The position numbers were made by a program, and so were the translations under genes. A DNA stretch of 42,809 nt from a virus (taxonomy: Duplodnaviria; Caudoviricetes), in the IMG/VR virus record IMGVR_UViG_3300048857_000017, positions 1 through 42,809 of that record; one strand, written 5' to 3'. Each line of letters opens with the position of its first letter. The first letter of the stretch is position 1. This document shows, in pieces, positions 1 to 9,400 of this stretch. The notes below the pieces were generated by a model that saw only the letters and a program-made list of their open reading frames with translations, had not been told where the DNA came from and did not search any database.

Positions 1-84
1 TGCACGCCGGAAGAGCTGCGCCAGGCCGTGAAGGACGCCGGCAGCAATTCCGTGGACAAGGTCCGCGCGATCCTGAAGAAGTAG
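1..84 (+). CDS. 3' end of DUF3606-like small protein (partial)
   Basis: Frame 1 reads CTPEELRQAVKDAGSNSVDKVRAILKK*, resembling the DUF3606 C-terminus. Confidence 0.55.
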   Translation, partial: CTPEELRQAVKDAGSNSVDKVRAILKK

Positions 85-87
85 GCC

Positions 88-1083
88 ATGCCAGAGCCGC
101 CGGACTTCATCAAGCCGCCGCTGGCCACGCTCGTGGACGGGCCGCCGCCCAGCGGCTACGCCTACGAACTCAAGTTCGACGGCTACCGCATGCTATGTCG
201 CATCGATAAGTCCGGCGTGCGGTTCTTCAGCCGCGAGGCGAAGGACTGGACGCCGAAGCTCGCCGACTTGGTGCAGCGCATTGAGGCGCTGAAAATCACC
301 GGTACCGGCTGGCTCGACGGCGAGATCGTGGTGATGGACGAGCGCGGCGTGAGCAGCTTCCAGCGCCTGCAGAACGCCATGGACAAGAGCGTCGCCAAGC
401 AGGTGCAGTACGTGGCATTCGATATCCCGTACTGGAACGGGAAGGACCTGCGGGAGTTTCCATTCCTGGAGCGCGCAAAGGCACTCCAGGCGGTCCTGGC
501 CGGAGTGCCGGAGAACGGCGCGATCATGCGCAGCACGGTCGCCGAGGTGGAATCCAGGGATCATGCCGTGTCGCTGCTCGCGCAGGCGTGCGAGCGGAAG
601 CTGGAAGGCCTGATCGGCAAGCGTCTGGACGCGCCCTACCGCGCGGGGCGCACCGACACCTGGATCAAGCTCAAGTGCCGGCCCAGGCAGGAATTCGTCG
701 TGGGCGGATGGACCAATCCGGGCGGATCGCGAAACGCCTTCGGCGCCCTGCTCGTTGGATTGCGAGAAGGCGACAGGCTGCGCTATTCGGGCCGCGTAGG
801 CACTGGGTTCAGCGGAAGTACCCTCGACATGCTGATGAAGCGCCTGACGCCCCTGACTACCGAGGAAATGCCGTTCATCGAAAAGCCCGAGCTGTCGGAC
901 CGCTGGGGCGGCAATTCGAAGCCGACCATGCACTGGGTCAGGCCTGAGTTGGTTGTGGAGGTCGCGTACACGACGATTACAGACGGCGGCATCCTGCGGC
1001 AGGCGTCGTTCCAAGGCGTGCGCGAGGACAAGCCGGCGCGCAAGGTGACGGGCGAGCGATCTAAGAAAGTGCTTGACGGGTAG
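88..1083 (+). CDS. ATP-dependent DNA ligase (stand-alone LigD-type ligase domain)
   Basis: Adenylation motif ELKFDGYR, LDGEIV, YVAFDI, EGLIGKR, WIKLK and an OB-fold C-terminus (GRVGTGF, WVRPELVVEV). Confidence 0.92.
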   Translation: MPEPPDFIKPPLATLVDGPPPSGYAYELKFDGYRMLCRIDKSGVRFFSREAKDWTPKLADLVQRIEALKITGTGWLDGEIVVMDERGVSSFQRLQNAMDKSVAKQVQYVAFDIPYWNGKDLREFPFLERAKALQAVLAGVPENGAIMRSTVAEVESRDHAVSLLAQACERKLEGLIGKRLDAPYRAGRTDTWIKLKCRPRQEFVVGGWTNPGGSRNAFGALLVGLREGDRLRYSGRVGTGFSGSTLDMLMKRLTPLTTEEMPFIEKPELSDRWGGNSKPTMHWVRPELVVEVAYTTITDGGILRQASFQGVREDKPARKVTGERSKKVLDG

Positions 1084-1101
1084 CACCAAAGGGGCTAATA
1101 T
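1073..1101 (+). promoter_or_regulatory. Sigma70 promoter with overlapping palindromic operator
   Basis: TTGACG(1073-1078)-17 bp-TAATAT(1096-1101). Imperfect inverted repeat TAGCACC-AAA-GGGGCTA at 1081-1097. Confidence 0.7.
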
Positions 1102-1154
1102 TCGTCTTGTGGTAACGCACCGTGCGCTGCCCGACAACCCGAAAGGAAGCCGAA

Positions 1155-1319
1155 ATGGAAGACCAAATGACCAACGCCCAACTTGCGAAGATCAACGCGG
1201 AAATCGCGAAGCTGATGGCCGAGACCATCAAGATCAACGCTGAAGCGCGCTGGTATCCCCTGGTGGTGGGCGCCACCCTCGCCGCCGCAGTGATGGGCCT
1301 CACCAAGCTGTTCCTCTAA
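1155..1319 (+). CDS. Small protein, N-terminal coiled coil and C-terminal TM helix
   Basis: AAGGAAG RBS before ATG 1155. Sequence MEDQMTNAQLAKINAEIAKL...WYPLVVGATLAAAVMGLTKLFL. Confidence 0.75.
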   Translation: MEDQMTNAQLAKINAEIAKLMAETIKINAEARWYPLVVGATLAAAVMGLTKLFL

Positions 1320-1327
1320 AGGCAGCG

Positions 1328-1350
1328 GCCCCGCGAAAGCGGGGCTTTTT
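1328..1350 (+). terminator. Intrinsic terminator
   Basis: GCCCCGC-GAAA-GCGGGGC hairpin followed by TTTTT. Confidence 0.8.
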
Positions 1351-1354
1351 CCAT

Positions 1355-1645
1355 ATGAAGACCTTCCAGAACTACGTCGCGCCCAGCACGGCCGACCTCG
1401 CCGCGCTGAAAGACCAGCTCGGCTACACCGGCGCGCAGATGGCGGACCTTGCCAGCGTGGCGGGCTCCAACCAGTGGCGCAAGTACACCGGCGGGGCCGC
1501 GCCGCGCGAGATCAACCCGCACATGCTGTTTTTTATCGCCGCGCGGCTAGAGCTATCGGATGCAGACTTGGCGCGCATCCTGGCGCGCATGCGTGAGATC
1601 GGCGCTGATTTCCAGTTCGAAGAGCCAACTGCCATCAGCGAATAG
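1355..1645 (+). CDS. HTH repressor, KorC/Aca-like XRE family
   Basis: PSTADLAALKDQLGYTGAQMADLASVAGSNQWRKYTGG fits a small XRE-type HTH. Confidence 0.7.
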   Translation: MKTFQNYVAPSTADLAALKDQLGYTGAQMADLASVAGSNQWRKYTGGAAPREINPHMLFFIAARLELSDADLARILARMREIGADFQFEEPTAISE

Positions 1646-1789
1646 ATTTTTGCCGTCCGACTGGCTGGCCAGGCGGTCGACCGCTGTATGCCGTGGTTTC
1701 CACTAAATACGATCTACGCCGCCCTCCTAAAAAGCGGGAAGATAATCGCAATACAATGCCCCCCGCATTCGAACAATCCGGGAGGGGAC

Positions 1790-2185
1790 ATGCCATATCG
1801 CAATGCTGTGACCGCCGTGCTGATCGCGGCAATGCTCGCCGGCTGCGCCGCGAGAAGCAGCACCAAGCGCACGAAGGACAGCGCCCAGCTACCGCCCTAC
1901 AGCGGCCCAGTTTGCTTCCTACCCACCCCGCTCCCCCTGGACGTCAAGGCGACCCCGATCGGCAAACTGGTTGGCTCCAAGCGCTGGTACGGCGGCACCA
2001 CGGAAGTCCTGCAGGTGGCTGCCGATGAGGCGCGGCGATCTGGCGCCGACGTGGTGGCCAACGTGAAATCAGGCCATCGCATCGGTGCATTAGCATGGGC
2101 CCGGCCGGTGGCCACCGGCGACAGCTACCGCCTCGACGCGGGCGTCACTATCGATTGTGTGAAGCTGGGTGGCACACTGCGGTAA
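1790..2185 (+). CDS. Lipoprotein moron
   Basis: GGAGGGG RBS, lipobox LAGC, and orientation opposite to the lysis genes. Confidence 0.75.
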   Translation: MPYRNAVTAVLIAAMLAGCAARSSTKRTKDSAQLPPYSGPVCFLPTPLPLDVKATPIGKLVGSKRWYGGTTEVLQVAADEARRSGADVVANVKSGHRIGALAWARPVATGDSYRLDAGVTIDCVKLGGTLR

Positions 2186-2194
2186 CGACCAAGA

Positions 2195-2464
2195 TCACTT
2201 CGCCGGCGGCTTCCAGCCGCAATGCTCTACGCCGGCTTCGTTGTTGCCCACGATGGTCTTGGCCGACGGGTCACCAAGCACGTCGGTCGGCAGCAGATAC
2301 ACGGGCTTGAACCACGTGCATGACCGGTCGATTATGCGGGTCTTGACCACAACCTCGGGTTCCAGTTTCTCGGGCTCGCCCCGCTGCGGCTGCGTCGAGC
2401 CGCAGCCCGCGAGAACGAAAGCCGCCAGGACGCTAACTGCGCGTACGCCATTTGTCGAGAGCAT
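2195..2464 (-). CDS. o-spanin (Rz1-like lipoprotein)
   Basis: Lipobox LAGC, Pro/Cys-containing body, overlaps the 3' end of the i-spanin gene. Confidence 0.75.
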   Translation of the reverse strand: MLSTNGVRAVSVLAAFVLAGCGSTQPQRGEPEKLEPEVVVKTRIIDRSCTWFKPVYLLPTDVLGDPSAKTIVGNNEAGVEHCGWKPPAK

Positions 2465-2768
2465 TCTGTACCCCCTGATGGGTCATTGCGGCCAGGTCCG
2501 AATCGATATCAGCACGGACGCCGGCCGCGTCAACGGCTGATTGAGCGACGTCGGCATTTGCCTTGGCTTCAGCCGCGCGATCGCGCTCAGCCTGCGCCTT
2601 CACTTCTGCGGCGGTTCTCTCGGCCTGCGCCTGCTTCACCTGCGCAGCCGCAGCGCGGTTGTCGCCGGACTTCACACCAAGCCAGGCAATCAGTCCGCCG
2701 ATGGCCACGCCCAGCGCGGCGAGGATCTGCGCCCAGAAGGGCGCCAGCATTGCGATGAATGAAGCCAT
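2433..2768 (-). CDS. i-spanin (Rz-like)
   Basis: N-terminal TM helix plus Ala-rich coiled coil, directly after the endolysin. Confidence 0.75.
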   Translation of the reverse strand: MASFIAMLAPFWAQILAALGVAIGGLIAWLGVKSGDNRAAAAQVKQAQAERTAAEVKAQAERDRAAEAKANADVAQSAVDAAGVRADIDSDLAAMTHQGVQNALDKWRTRS

Positions 2769-2774
2769 GACACC

Positions 2775-3260
2775 TCACACGTCTTGTGCGCCGTAGCGCA
2801 GGTTGTTGGCCATGCGTGCCATCCAGCCGCTGCCAAAATAGGAAAACGTCGACCGGGTCCGCATAAAGTCGATGCGCTGCGCCACATAGCGCATGATTTG
2901 GGACCCCTCCGGCATGGCCAGTGCGGCCGCGCGCGTGACCGGCCCCCATACGCCATCCGCCGGCACGCCCAGCGCCTGCTGCAGGCCCGAGATCGCCTGC
3001 TTGATCCCAGAGTTGATGGCGTAGTCCAGGCCCTGATAGGCGATGCCGTCATACAACTCGTCGGCGTGGATCTTTTGCCAGAAATCGCGCTCATAGATCG
3101 CGATGGCCTGGTCGCGCGTCAGATTCTTGATGTCGTGATCGGGGTAACTGCGCTTGCTGATACCCCATTTCGTCTCGCCGCCCGGATCCCGTGGGTCGTT
3201 CACATAGCCGCCTTCGTGACCCAGCACGCGCTCGATGGCGGTCCGGAAGTCAACCATCAC
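2775..3260 (-). CDS. Endolysin, glycoside hydrolase family 108
   Basis: HEGGYVNDPRDPGGETKWGI signature and C-terminal GWMARM peptidoglycan-binding-like motif. Confidence 0.92.
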   Translation of the reverse strand: MMVDFRTAIERVLGHEGGYVNDPRDPGGETKWGISKRSYPDHDIKNLTRDQAIAIYERDFWQKIHADELYDGIAYQGLDYAINSGIKQAISGLQQALGVPADGVWGPVTRAAALAMPEGSQIMRYVAQRIDFMRTRSTFSYFGSGWMARMANNLRYGAQDV

Positions 3261-3549
3261 CTAGATCCTCTTCCTTACGGCCGAGCAGGCGCGCTATCCA
3301 GCGGCGGATCAGACCGTAGATAAAGCCCTGGTTCGTGATGCGAGCCAGAACAGTCAGCGCGACGCCGATCGCTGGCCCGATCGCTTTCTCGCTGGTCGGG
3401 AAGTACTGCACCAGCAGGGGCATCAGATCGCTGGTCCAGCGGTCCGCCAATATCGGGAGCGCGATGAGGGCGCACAGCGTGGCCAGGCCAACCCAGACCG
3501 ACCACCACCGTTTGACCTCGCTCCATTCGTCCGCCAGCAGCTTTCTCAT
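3250..3549 (-). CDS. Putative holin
   Basis: Two TM segments, charged C-terminus, directly upstream of the endolysin. Confidence 0.65.
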   Translation of the reverse strand: MRKLLADEWSEVKRWWSVWVGLATLCALIALPILADRWTSDLMPLLVQYFPTSEKAIGPAIGVALTVLARITNQGFIYGLIRRWIARLLGRKEEDLGDG

Positions 3550-3884
3550 TTCGCCCACCTTTGCGTGTCCGGCCGATTGGCCGCCATGTTCGTGATGATC
3601 TGGTCCTTCAGCTGGTCCATCTTCCCGATCACGTCCTTCACGTCTTGGCTGATGTTGCGCAGCGCGTCACGGGTATCGCTGCGCTGATCGACGAGCGCAG
3701 ACTCGATCCGTGTCATACGCTGCTCCTGCTGCCGGTCGTGTTCTTCCAGCGTTTGGACGCGGCTAACCAGCGCATACCAAGCGATGATCGCCGCGCCCGC
3801 AACGGCCGCCAGCCAAACCACGAGGCTTTGCAGGCTGATAGTCGGGTCGAGCCAACGCGACCTGTGAGTGTGGGGTTCCTGCAT
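3546..3884 (-). CDS. Single-TM coiled-coil lysis-module protein (holin/antiholin-like)
   Basis: One TM helix followed by a coiled coil. First gene of the lysis cassette. Confidence 0.55.
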   Translation of the reverse strand: MQEPHTHRSRWLDPTISLQSLVVWLAAVAGAAIIAWYALVSRVQTLEEHDRQQEQRMTRIESALVDQRSDTRDALRNISQDVKDVIGKMDQLKDQIITNMAANRPDTQRWAK

Positions 3885-3904
3885 GGTGGTCCTTTTGCTT
3901 AGGC

Positions 3905-3928
3905 AAAAAAAAGCCCGCCGTAGCGGGC
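3905..3928 (-). terminator. Intrinsic terminator between tail and lysis genes
   Basis: GCCCGC hairpin followed by a T8 tract on the minus strand. Confidence 0.7.
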
Positions 3929-3951
3929 GTACGACAACAAAGGCGTAGCGA

Positions 3952-4368
3952 CTACTGCACCGATGCGGCGGCGATGAATAACTGGTCGATCATCTCGTCC
4001 GACAGACCTAACGCATGTGCAGCGTCGATAAGCGCGGGGCTGGAGCGCTCGACCGTCGGCGCTTCCTGCCAGGCCAGCTTGCCCATGTCGTCGTCCGGTA
4101 GTGCGGCAAAATGGTCGTTGACCTGCTGCAGCAGGTCCGCCGCCAGAAGAGCGGCGCGGGCCTGATAGCGTGTCGCCTGTTGCGGCACAAACAGCTTCGA
4201 GGGGGCGTGCGCCCCGTAGACCGCCATCACGGCATCGCGCTCGTGCTGGGAAACCTGGTCCGTGAAGTTGATCTCTCCATCGGCGGTCCACAGGAAAGGT
4301 AGACCCAACAGCCCCGCGGCCTCCAACTCGAACCCGAATGTCGGGCCGATTCTCTTCTGTTCGGTCAT
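3952..4368 (-). CDS. Tail fibre-associated (assembly/chaperone-like) protein
   Basis: Follows the fibre gene. C-terminal WQEAPTVERSSP...LGLSDEMIDQLFIAA motif is typical of such proteins. Confidence 0.55.
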   Translation of the reverse strand: MTEQKRIGPTFGFELEAAGLLGLPFLWTADGEINFTDQVSQHERDAVMAVYGAHAPSKLFVPQQATRYQARAALLAADLLQQVNDHFAALPDDDMGKLAWQEAPTVERSSPALIDAAHALGLSDEMIDQLFIAAASVQ

Positions 4369-5525
4369 ATGAGGACCTCCGCCCTAAGATGAAGTTGGAA
4401 AGTGCCGGTTCCGCCGCCCACGCGGATGCTTGCGCCGGGCTGGAAAAACCCGTCCTGATTCGCCGGAATGGCGAATGACTGCGCGAAGGCCTGGAACTGG
4501 TTCGCGACCGAGGGCTGCGCCGTGGATTCGATGGTCTGCGCCGCGCCCTGGTCGGTGATCACCGCGTAGGATGGCATCAGCGCTTGCGTGTTGGTCCCAT
4601 TGCCCCACAGGCTCACATCGACGGACTCCCCTTTCCACGCCAGCACATTCCGCGCGGTGGCACTCACACCAGTTAAGGATGCAGTGGACGCGTTGCTTAT
4701 CGTCGACGTGACGATCTGCTTGCGGCGGTTGAACCAGCTCGCAACCCCGCGCTCTGTCGTGCTGTCCAGCAGCTGATCTGCCCCATTGACTCGGAACATT
4801 CCGACCAGCAGGAAATCAGGGTTCCCGCTCGCAACCTCGCTGCCATCCGCATTTGTGACGTGCGCGGTCTGAAGTGCGAGAAGGTTGAGTACTCCATTGG
4901 TTACGCGGAGATAAACGAAATAGATCAGGCCGGCCGCCGCCTGCGAGAACTGTGCTTCGATGCCCGCCGCCGGAATGACATAGCCTTTTCCGTTGATGGT
5001 GATGCGCGAGCCACCGTATCGGATCAACTTGACGGATTTTGCAGCGGCGCCGAGCACCAGTCTGCATTCGGCGAATCGAAACACCGGCAGATACCGCGCC
5101 GCAGCGGTATCCCACTCCATCGGACCAGCATCCGACACATATATGGAGCCAATGTTCGAAGTGGGCAGGTTCGCGGCCGCGAATACCGGCAGCCCCCCCT
5201 CCACCTGCATCTGTTCGAAGTATCCCTGCGCCTGCTCTGCGCTCCCCGCGGCCGCGACTGCTGCCATCTGAGCATCGGTGCGCGCCTGCGCGGCGCCCGT
5301 TGCGGCCTGAGAGGCGCTTGAGGCGCTGCCTGCCGCCGCACTGGCGCTCGCCGCTGCCGCGGCGGCGCTGCTCGCGGTGTCGCTCTCCGTTTGGTTGAGT
5401 TCGACCTGGAGCGCGTTCGCCTGCTGCGCGAACAGCGGAAGCGCAGCCATGAATGCATCGGCACGCTCCGGAAAGTTGGCCGGATCGCTGCGACTAGGCG
5501 GATCGGGCAATGGACTGATGGCCAT
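4365..5525 (-). CDS. Tail fibre / receptor-binding protein
   Basis: N-terminal PDPPSRSDPANF, Ala/Ser-rich stalk, beta-rich C-terminus, and position in the tail module. Confidence 0.7.
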   Translation of the reverse strand: MAISPLPDPPSRSDPANFPERADAFMAALPLFAQQANALQVELNQTESDTASSAAAAAASASAAAGSASSASQAATGAAQARTDAQMAAVAAAGSAEQAQGYFEQMQVEGGLPVFAAANLPTSNIGSIYVSDAGPMEWDTAAARYLPVFRFAECRLVLGAAAKSVKLIRYGGSRITINGKGYVIPAAGIEAQFSQAAAGLIYFVYLRVTNGVLNLLALQTAHVTNADGSEVASGNPDFLLVGMFRVNGADQLLDSTTERGVASWFNRRKQIVTSTISNASTASLTGVSATARNVLAWKGESVDVSLWGNGTNTQALMPSYAVITDQGAAQTIESTAQPSVANQFQAFAQSFAIPANQDGFFQPGASIRVGGGTGTFQLHLRAEVLI

Positions 5526-6415
5526 TATGTGAGTCCTTCGATTTCAAGGTTGCAGAAGTTGACCAAGGGGTAGGCGATATCGATGCTGAAATCACGGTAG
5601 AAGCCAAAAATCGTCAGCGGACCAAGCTCTTCCGATTCGGCGCCAATCCATACGCAGGGCGTCGCGCGAAGCCCTGACAGCAGGCGATACACGGCGTTGA
5701 ACCGAGCCGCGTCGACCCACAGTCGTTGCGACATTCGGCGGGAGAAATTGCGCTTGCGAAATGTCGTCTTGCCGGTTTCGGACGTGTCCTTCCGGCTGTA
5801 GTCGATGATGCCGGCGCTTCCTCCATACTCGCCGTCGCCGATGAGGTACGCATTGCCAGGAATGAGCGCGCCGCACGCCACTTGAGCGTTTAGCGCAATG
5901 ATCGACACCGCTAAGTGCAGGCTCCCGTAAGCCGGCAAGTCCGTCAACACCACTTCGGACAATGGCGCGAACGGTTCGAAGAAGTACTCGTACCAGTTGG
6001 TGACGATGGACGCCTCCAGCCGTCGCTCGGTGGTGTAGATCACCGGCCCGTTGAGCCCATCACGCCCCGTTACCTCGACCTTCGATCCTACCATCCCCAG
6101 CAAGGCCAGGCTGTTCACAAGCCCCGGCTTAACCACCACCGTCAGGGGACTGTCGCGCACGGTCTGCGTGCTCACCTGGTCGTCAAACATGGCCCATTTG
6201 TTCGTGGGGCCTGAAAGAGCCCAATAGAGCGGGTCCGTGCCCGGGGTGTGGCCAGTGTTGGGCGTCTGCACCGACTGGTAGATATTCGATTGATAGACGA
6301 CATTCGCGCCCACGGGGTAGTTGGTTGCAGCGTTGTAGGTCGGATAGTCGTCCTCGGCCACATTCGAACTGACCAGTTGCGCCGGCCCAATCGCTACGGG
6401 CTTGATCACTTTCAT
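5525..6415 (-). CDS. Tail tip protein with N-terminal carbohydrate-binding-like module
   Basis: YNAATNYPVGANVVYQSNIYQS...PGTDPLYW resembles CBM5/12. Directly follows the tape measure gene. Confidence 0.6.
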   Translation of the reverse strand: MKVIKPVAIGPAQLVSSNVAEDDYPTYNAATNYPVGANVVYQSNIYQSVQTPNTGHTPGTDPLYWALSGPTNKWAMFDDQVSTQTVRDSPLTVVVKPGLVNSLALLGMVGSKVEVTGRDGLNGPVIYTTERRLEASIVTNWYEYFFEPFAPLSEVVLTDLPAYGSLHLAVSIIALNAQVACGALIPGNAYLIGDGEYGGSAGIIDYSRKDTSETGKTTFRKRNFSRRMSQRLWVDAARFNAVYRLLSGLRATPCVWIGAESEELGPLTIFGFYRDFSIDIAYPLVNFCNLEIEGLT

Positions 6416-9400
6416 GCTTGGACCTCCACGTGAAGCGGCTCATGTGCGTCGGTGCGTACCGGCATGCCCTCCATTTCGAAGCGCTCCAGCTGCCGCGTGG
6501 TTTTCGCCGTGTTGCTGGCCATGGCGCGAGCCTCGACGCGCAGCCCCTGGACCTCATCGCGCAGCGACTGCTGCTCCTGCAACAGCGCTCGCAGCGCCGC
6601 CAGCAGCTGCGTCTGATCGGAGCCACCGGCGAGGATGCTCTGCGTCTGCTGCGCATTGAAGATGCGCGACGGCCCGGTGACCTCCAGCTCAGGGCCGTTT
6701 TCACCGACGAGTCGCAATCCGCCCGCATGATCGCCACCGCTGGCAAACGCCGCCACCGGAGCGCCGGTCAGCGCATTCACTACCTGACGAAGCCCGTTCA
6801 CCGTGGCGTCACGCGCCGCGTTGATCGCGTTCGTGAGGATCTGGTCGCCACTGAGGGCTGAGCTTTGCAGCGCAGCCAGTGTGGCGTCGATCTGGCCCAG
6901 GAGCCCCAGGCTTTCTTGCTCGTACCCCTTCGGCGCCACCGCGTCCATTCGCTTCGCGATTGCTTCTGCGCGCGCCAGGGTCGTTGCGATGAACGCCTGG
7001 TACTGAGTATCCGACGAGAAGGCATCGCCGGCGGCGGCCAGCAGCGGTTGGAGCATGCTGTTCAACTGGTCCGCATAGCCGGTTAGCGCATCGCCGTCCG
7101 AGCCAGCTGCCTTGGCGTACAGCTTAGCGAAGTCGCTCTGCATGACCGCGAACTGGTCTTCAGGATCAAGCTGGCTGACGCGGTAATCCTTCACCGTTTT
7201 GCGAAGCGCGGCCGCACCCTCAGACAAAGCGGACGCCAGCGCCTTCTGCGCCTCGTAGTACTTGACCGTCTGATTCCGCAAGTCGCTGAGCGTCGCCACC
7301 GACTTCGTCGCATTCAGCGCAAACTGCTGGAGCGAGTCGGTGTAGGCGAGCTGCTCGTTCCTGGCATTGCGAGCGGCCTCCGTAGCGGCTGCCTGCGCGC
7401 TGGCCGCGGCGCTGACCGATTGCGCGTACTGGTCGCGCAACCGCCCCACATCGACGGCCTGGGGGCCGCTGGCGAAGGTGTTCTGCGCTGATATAAATGC
7501 TGCGATCGCGTTGTCGTAAGCTTGCTGAGCAGCAGGAAGCTGCGCTTGAGCAATAGAGCGGGCCTGATCTAGCTCTTCCCAGTTGTCCTTTTTGTAGCCT
7601 ACCGTCTTGGGCGCATATATGTCCCAATTCAGCTTTTGCAAGCGGGCGAGGGCATCATCCTTCGTCTTCTGCGCGGCATTCAGCGCGGCATAGTTGGCCT
7701 CGTACACCCTTTCCGTCGAGACGTATGCCTGTTCCGCGACATTGCGCTGGCCAACCGCCCCGGCCGATTGGGCCCCGGCCCAGTTCAGCGCTGCAGTCGC
7801 TTGAACGAGTCCCGCGTTGCTGGGCAGCGCCGTGCTGATCCCGGCGATGGCCTGCCGAATTGCTGCCGGAGACATAGGCGCCGGGTCCAGGATGTCACGC
7901 GCCGACTGCCGCACGGCCATCCGCTCATTGCCGATGGAGTCGAACAGCGACTTCATGCGGTCGGCCAGCTGCTGGAATGCAGCGTTGAGCGTAGCCACAA
8001 AGACATCGGCGTCGACATCTGCCAGTGCGTCGCCCATCGACTTAAAGTCGATGATGGTCCCACCAAGGCCTTGTTGCAGCAGGGCTATCTGATCGCCGAG
8101 ATCGGCGCTTGCTTGCTGCGCACCAGAAAGCGATCCATCCAGATTTGCAGTGGAGCCTTGGAAGTCCAGCAGACCGGCATCCAGGTCGAGGAACAACCGC
8201 GAGATTTGCCCGGAAACAACTGATGTCTGCTGGAGCGTGTCCGCCAGCACAAGCGCGCTGAGCGCAGCAGCGTCCATGGCAGGCACGACGCCGCCGCGGC
8301 CCGTGTAGGCGGCCAGGATGCGCGCAGCCATCTCCTGCCCCTGCCGCGCCGTCGCTTCCACGACCGCGGCAAACTCAGGCGCCACGGTCAAGAGCGCGGC
8401 GTAAGCGGCCTGGCCAGCGTCTGAAGTGAGGTCCAGGGCGGACACCATGGCGCGGAATTCTTCCATGGTGTTGGGCAGGACGATGTTCAGCCCCTTGAGC
8501 TGGTCGTTCATGGACGCGAGGCTCAACTTGGCCCGCTCCGCCTCCGAGTAGTATTGCTGGTAATACTGCTGCGTGGCCTGGGTCATCGCATCGATGCCGC
8601 CGAATGCGTCCGCCAGCTTGGTGGCCGTCGCCGCCCCCGTGATCGACACGTCGAACAGCTTCAGGTCCAGCAGTTTCAGCGATTGGTTGACCGCCGTCAG
8701 GTTCGTGCCCAGGCGCGCCAGCGTTGCGGAGGCCGTCTCACCCTCCTTTGCGAAATCGGCAATGTTGGGGACCAGTGAGCGCACCAGGTTCTCGCCCACC
8801 GACGAGATAGCGTCCTCGATGAGTTTCTGGTTCGCCTCTTCGTCTTCGCCGAGCGTCACGCGGATCTGCTCGCTGTAGGTGTCCAGCGACTTAGCAGACA
8901 CGCCTACGACTTGCGCCATGGCGGCCGCGTTCGCCTTCATCTGGTCGAAAGCGGTGCTCACCTGGTCAATGAACGAATCGTCGAGCGTACCGATCTGCGT
9001 GCCGCTCTTGTTGCTGCGAAACAGACCGCCCTTCTGCTTCCATGGCGTGCTGGTGTAGCCGCTGAAACCAAGGGAGCCGAAGTCTCCAACCAGCGAGGTG
9101 TCGCCATACTTCACCGAGCCCATGCCGAATAGGCGGGCGACGGTCGACGATCCGGATAGCATGGACGCCAACTCCCCACCCAGGCCGGCGCTCCGTAGAA
9201 TTTTGTCCGTCCACACTGAAGGGCCGGTGACAGGGTTGTATTTGCCGAAGTCCGATAGCGTCCCGTTATCGGCATCCCAGCCCTGCTTATATAGCGACCG
9301 ACTGGCCAACATGCCAGCGGCGATCCAGCCAACAACTGGGATTGCGCCGGCAAAGCTGGAGCCGAGCCCGGCGGCAGTGCTGCCGGCCGTGGTAGGGCCC

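Noticed and set aside
1055-1150. CTAAGAAA and a small hairpin as a solitary type I-F repeat (RNA anti-CRISPR)
   Set aside because: The match is only 8 nt, lies within ligase coding sequence and lacks the repeat stem.
4365-5525. Diversity-generating retroelement or invertible tail fibre
   Set aside because: No reverse transcriptase, invertase or template repeat was seen.
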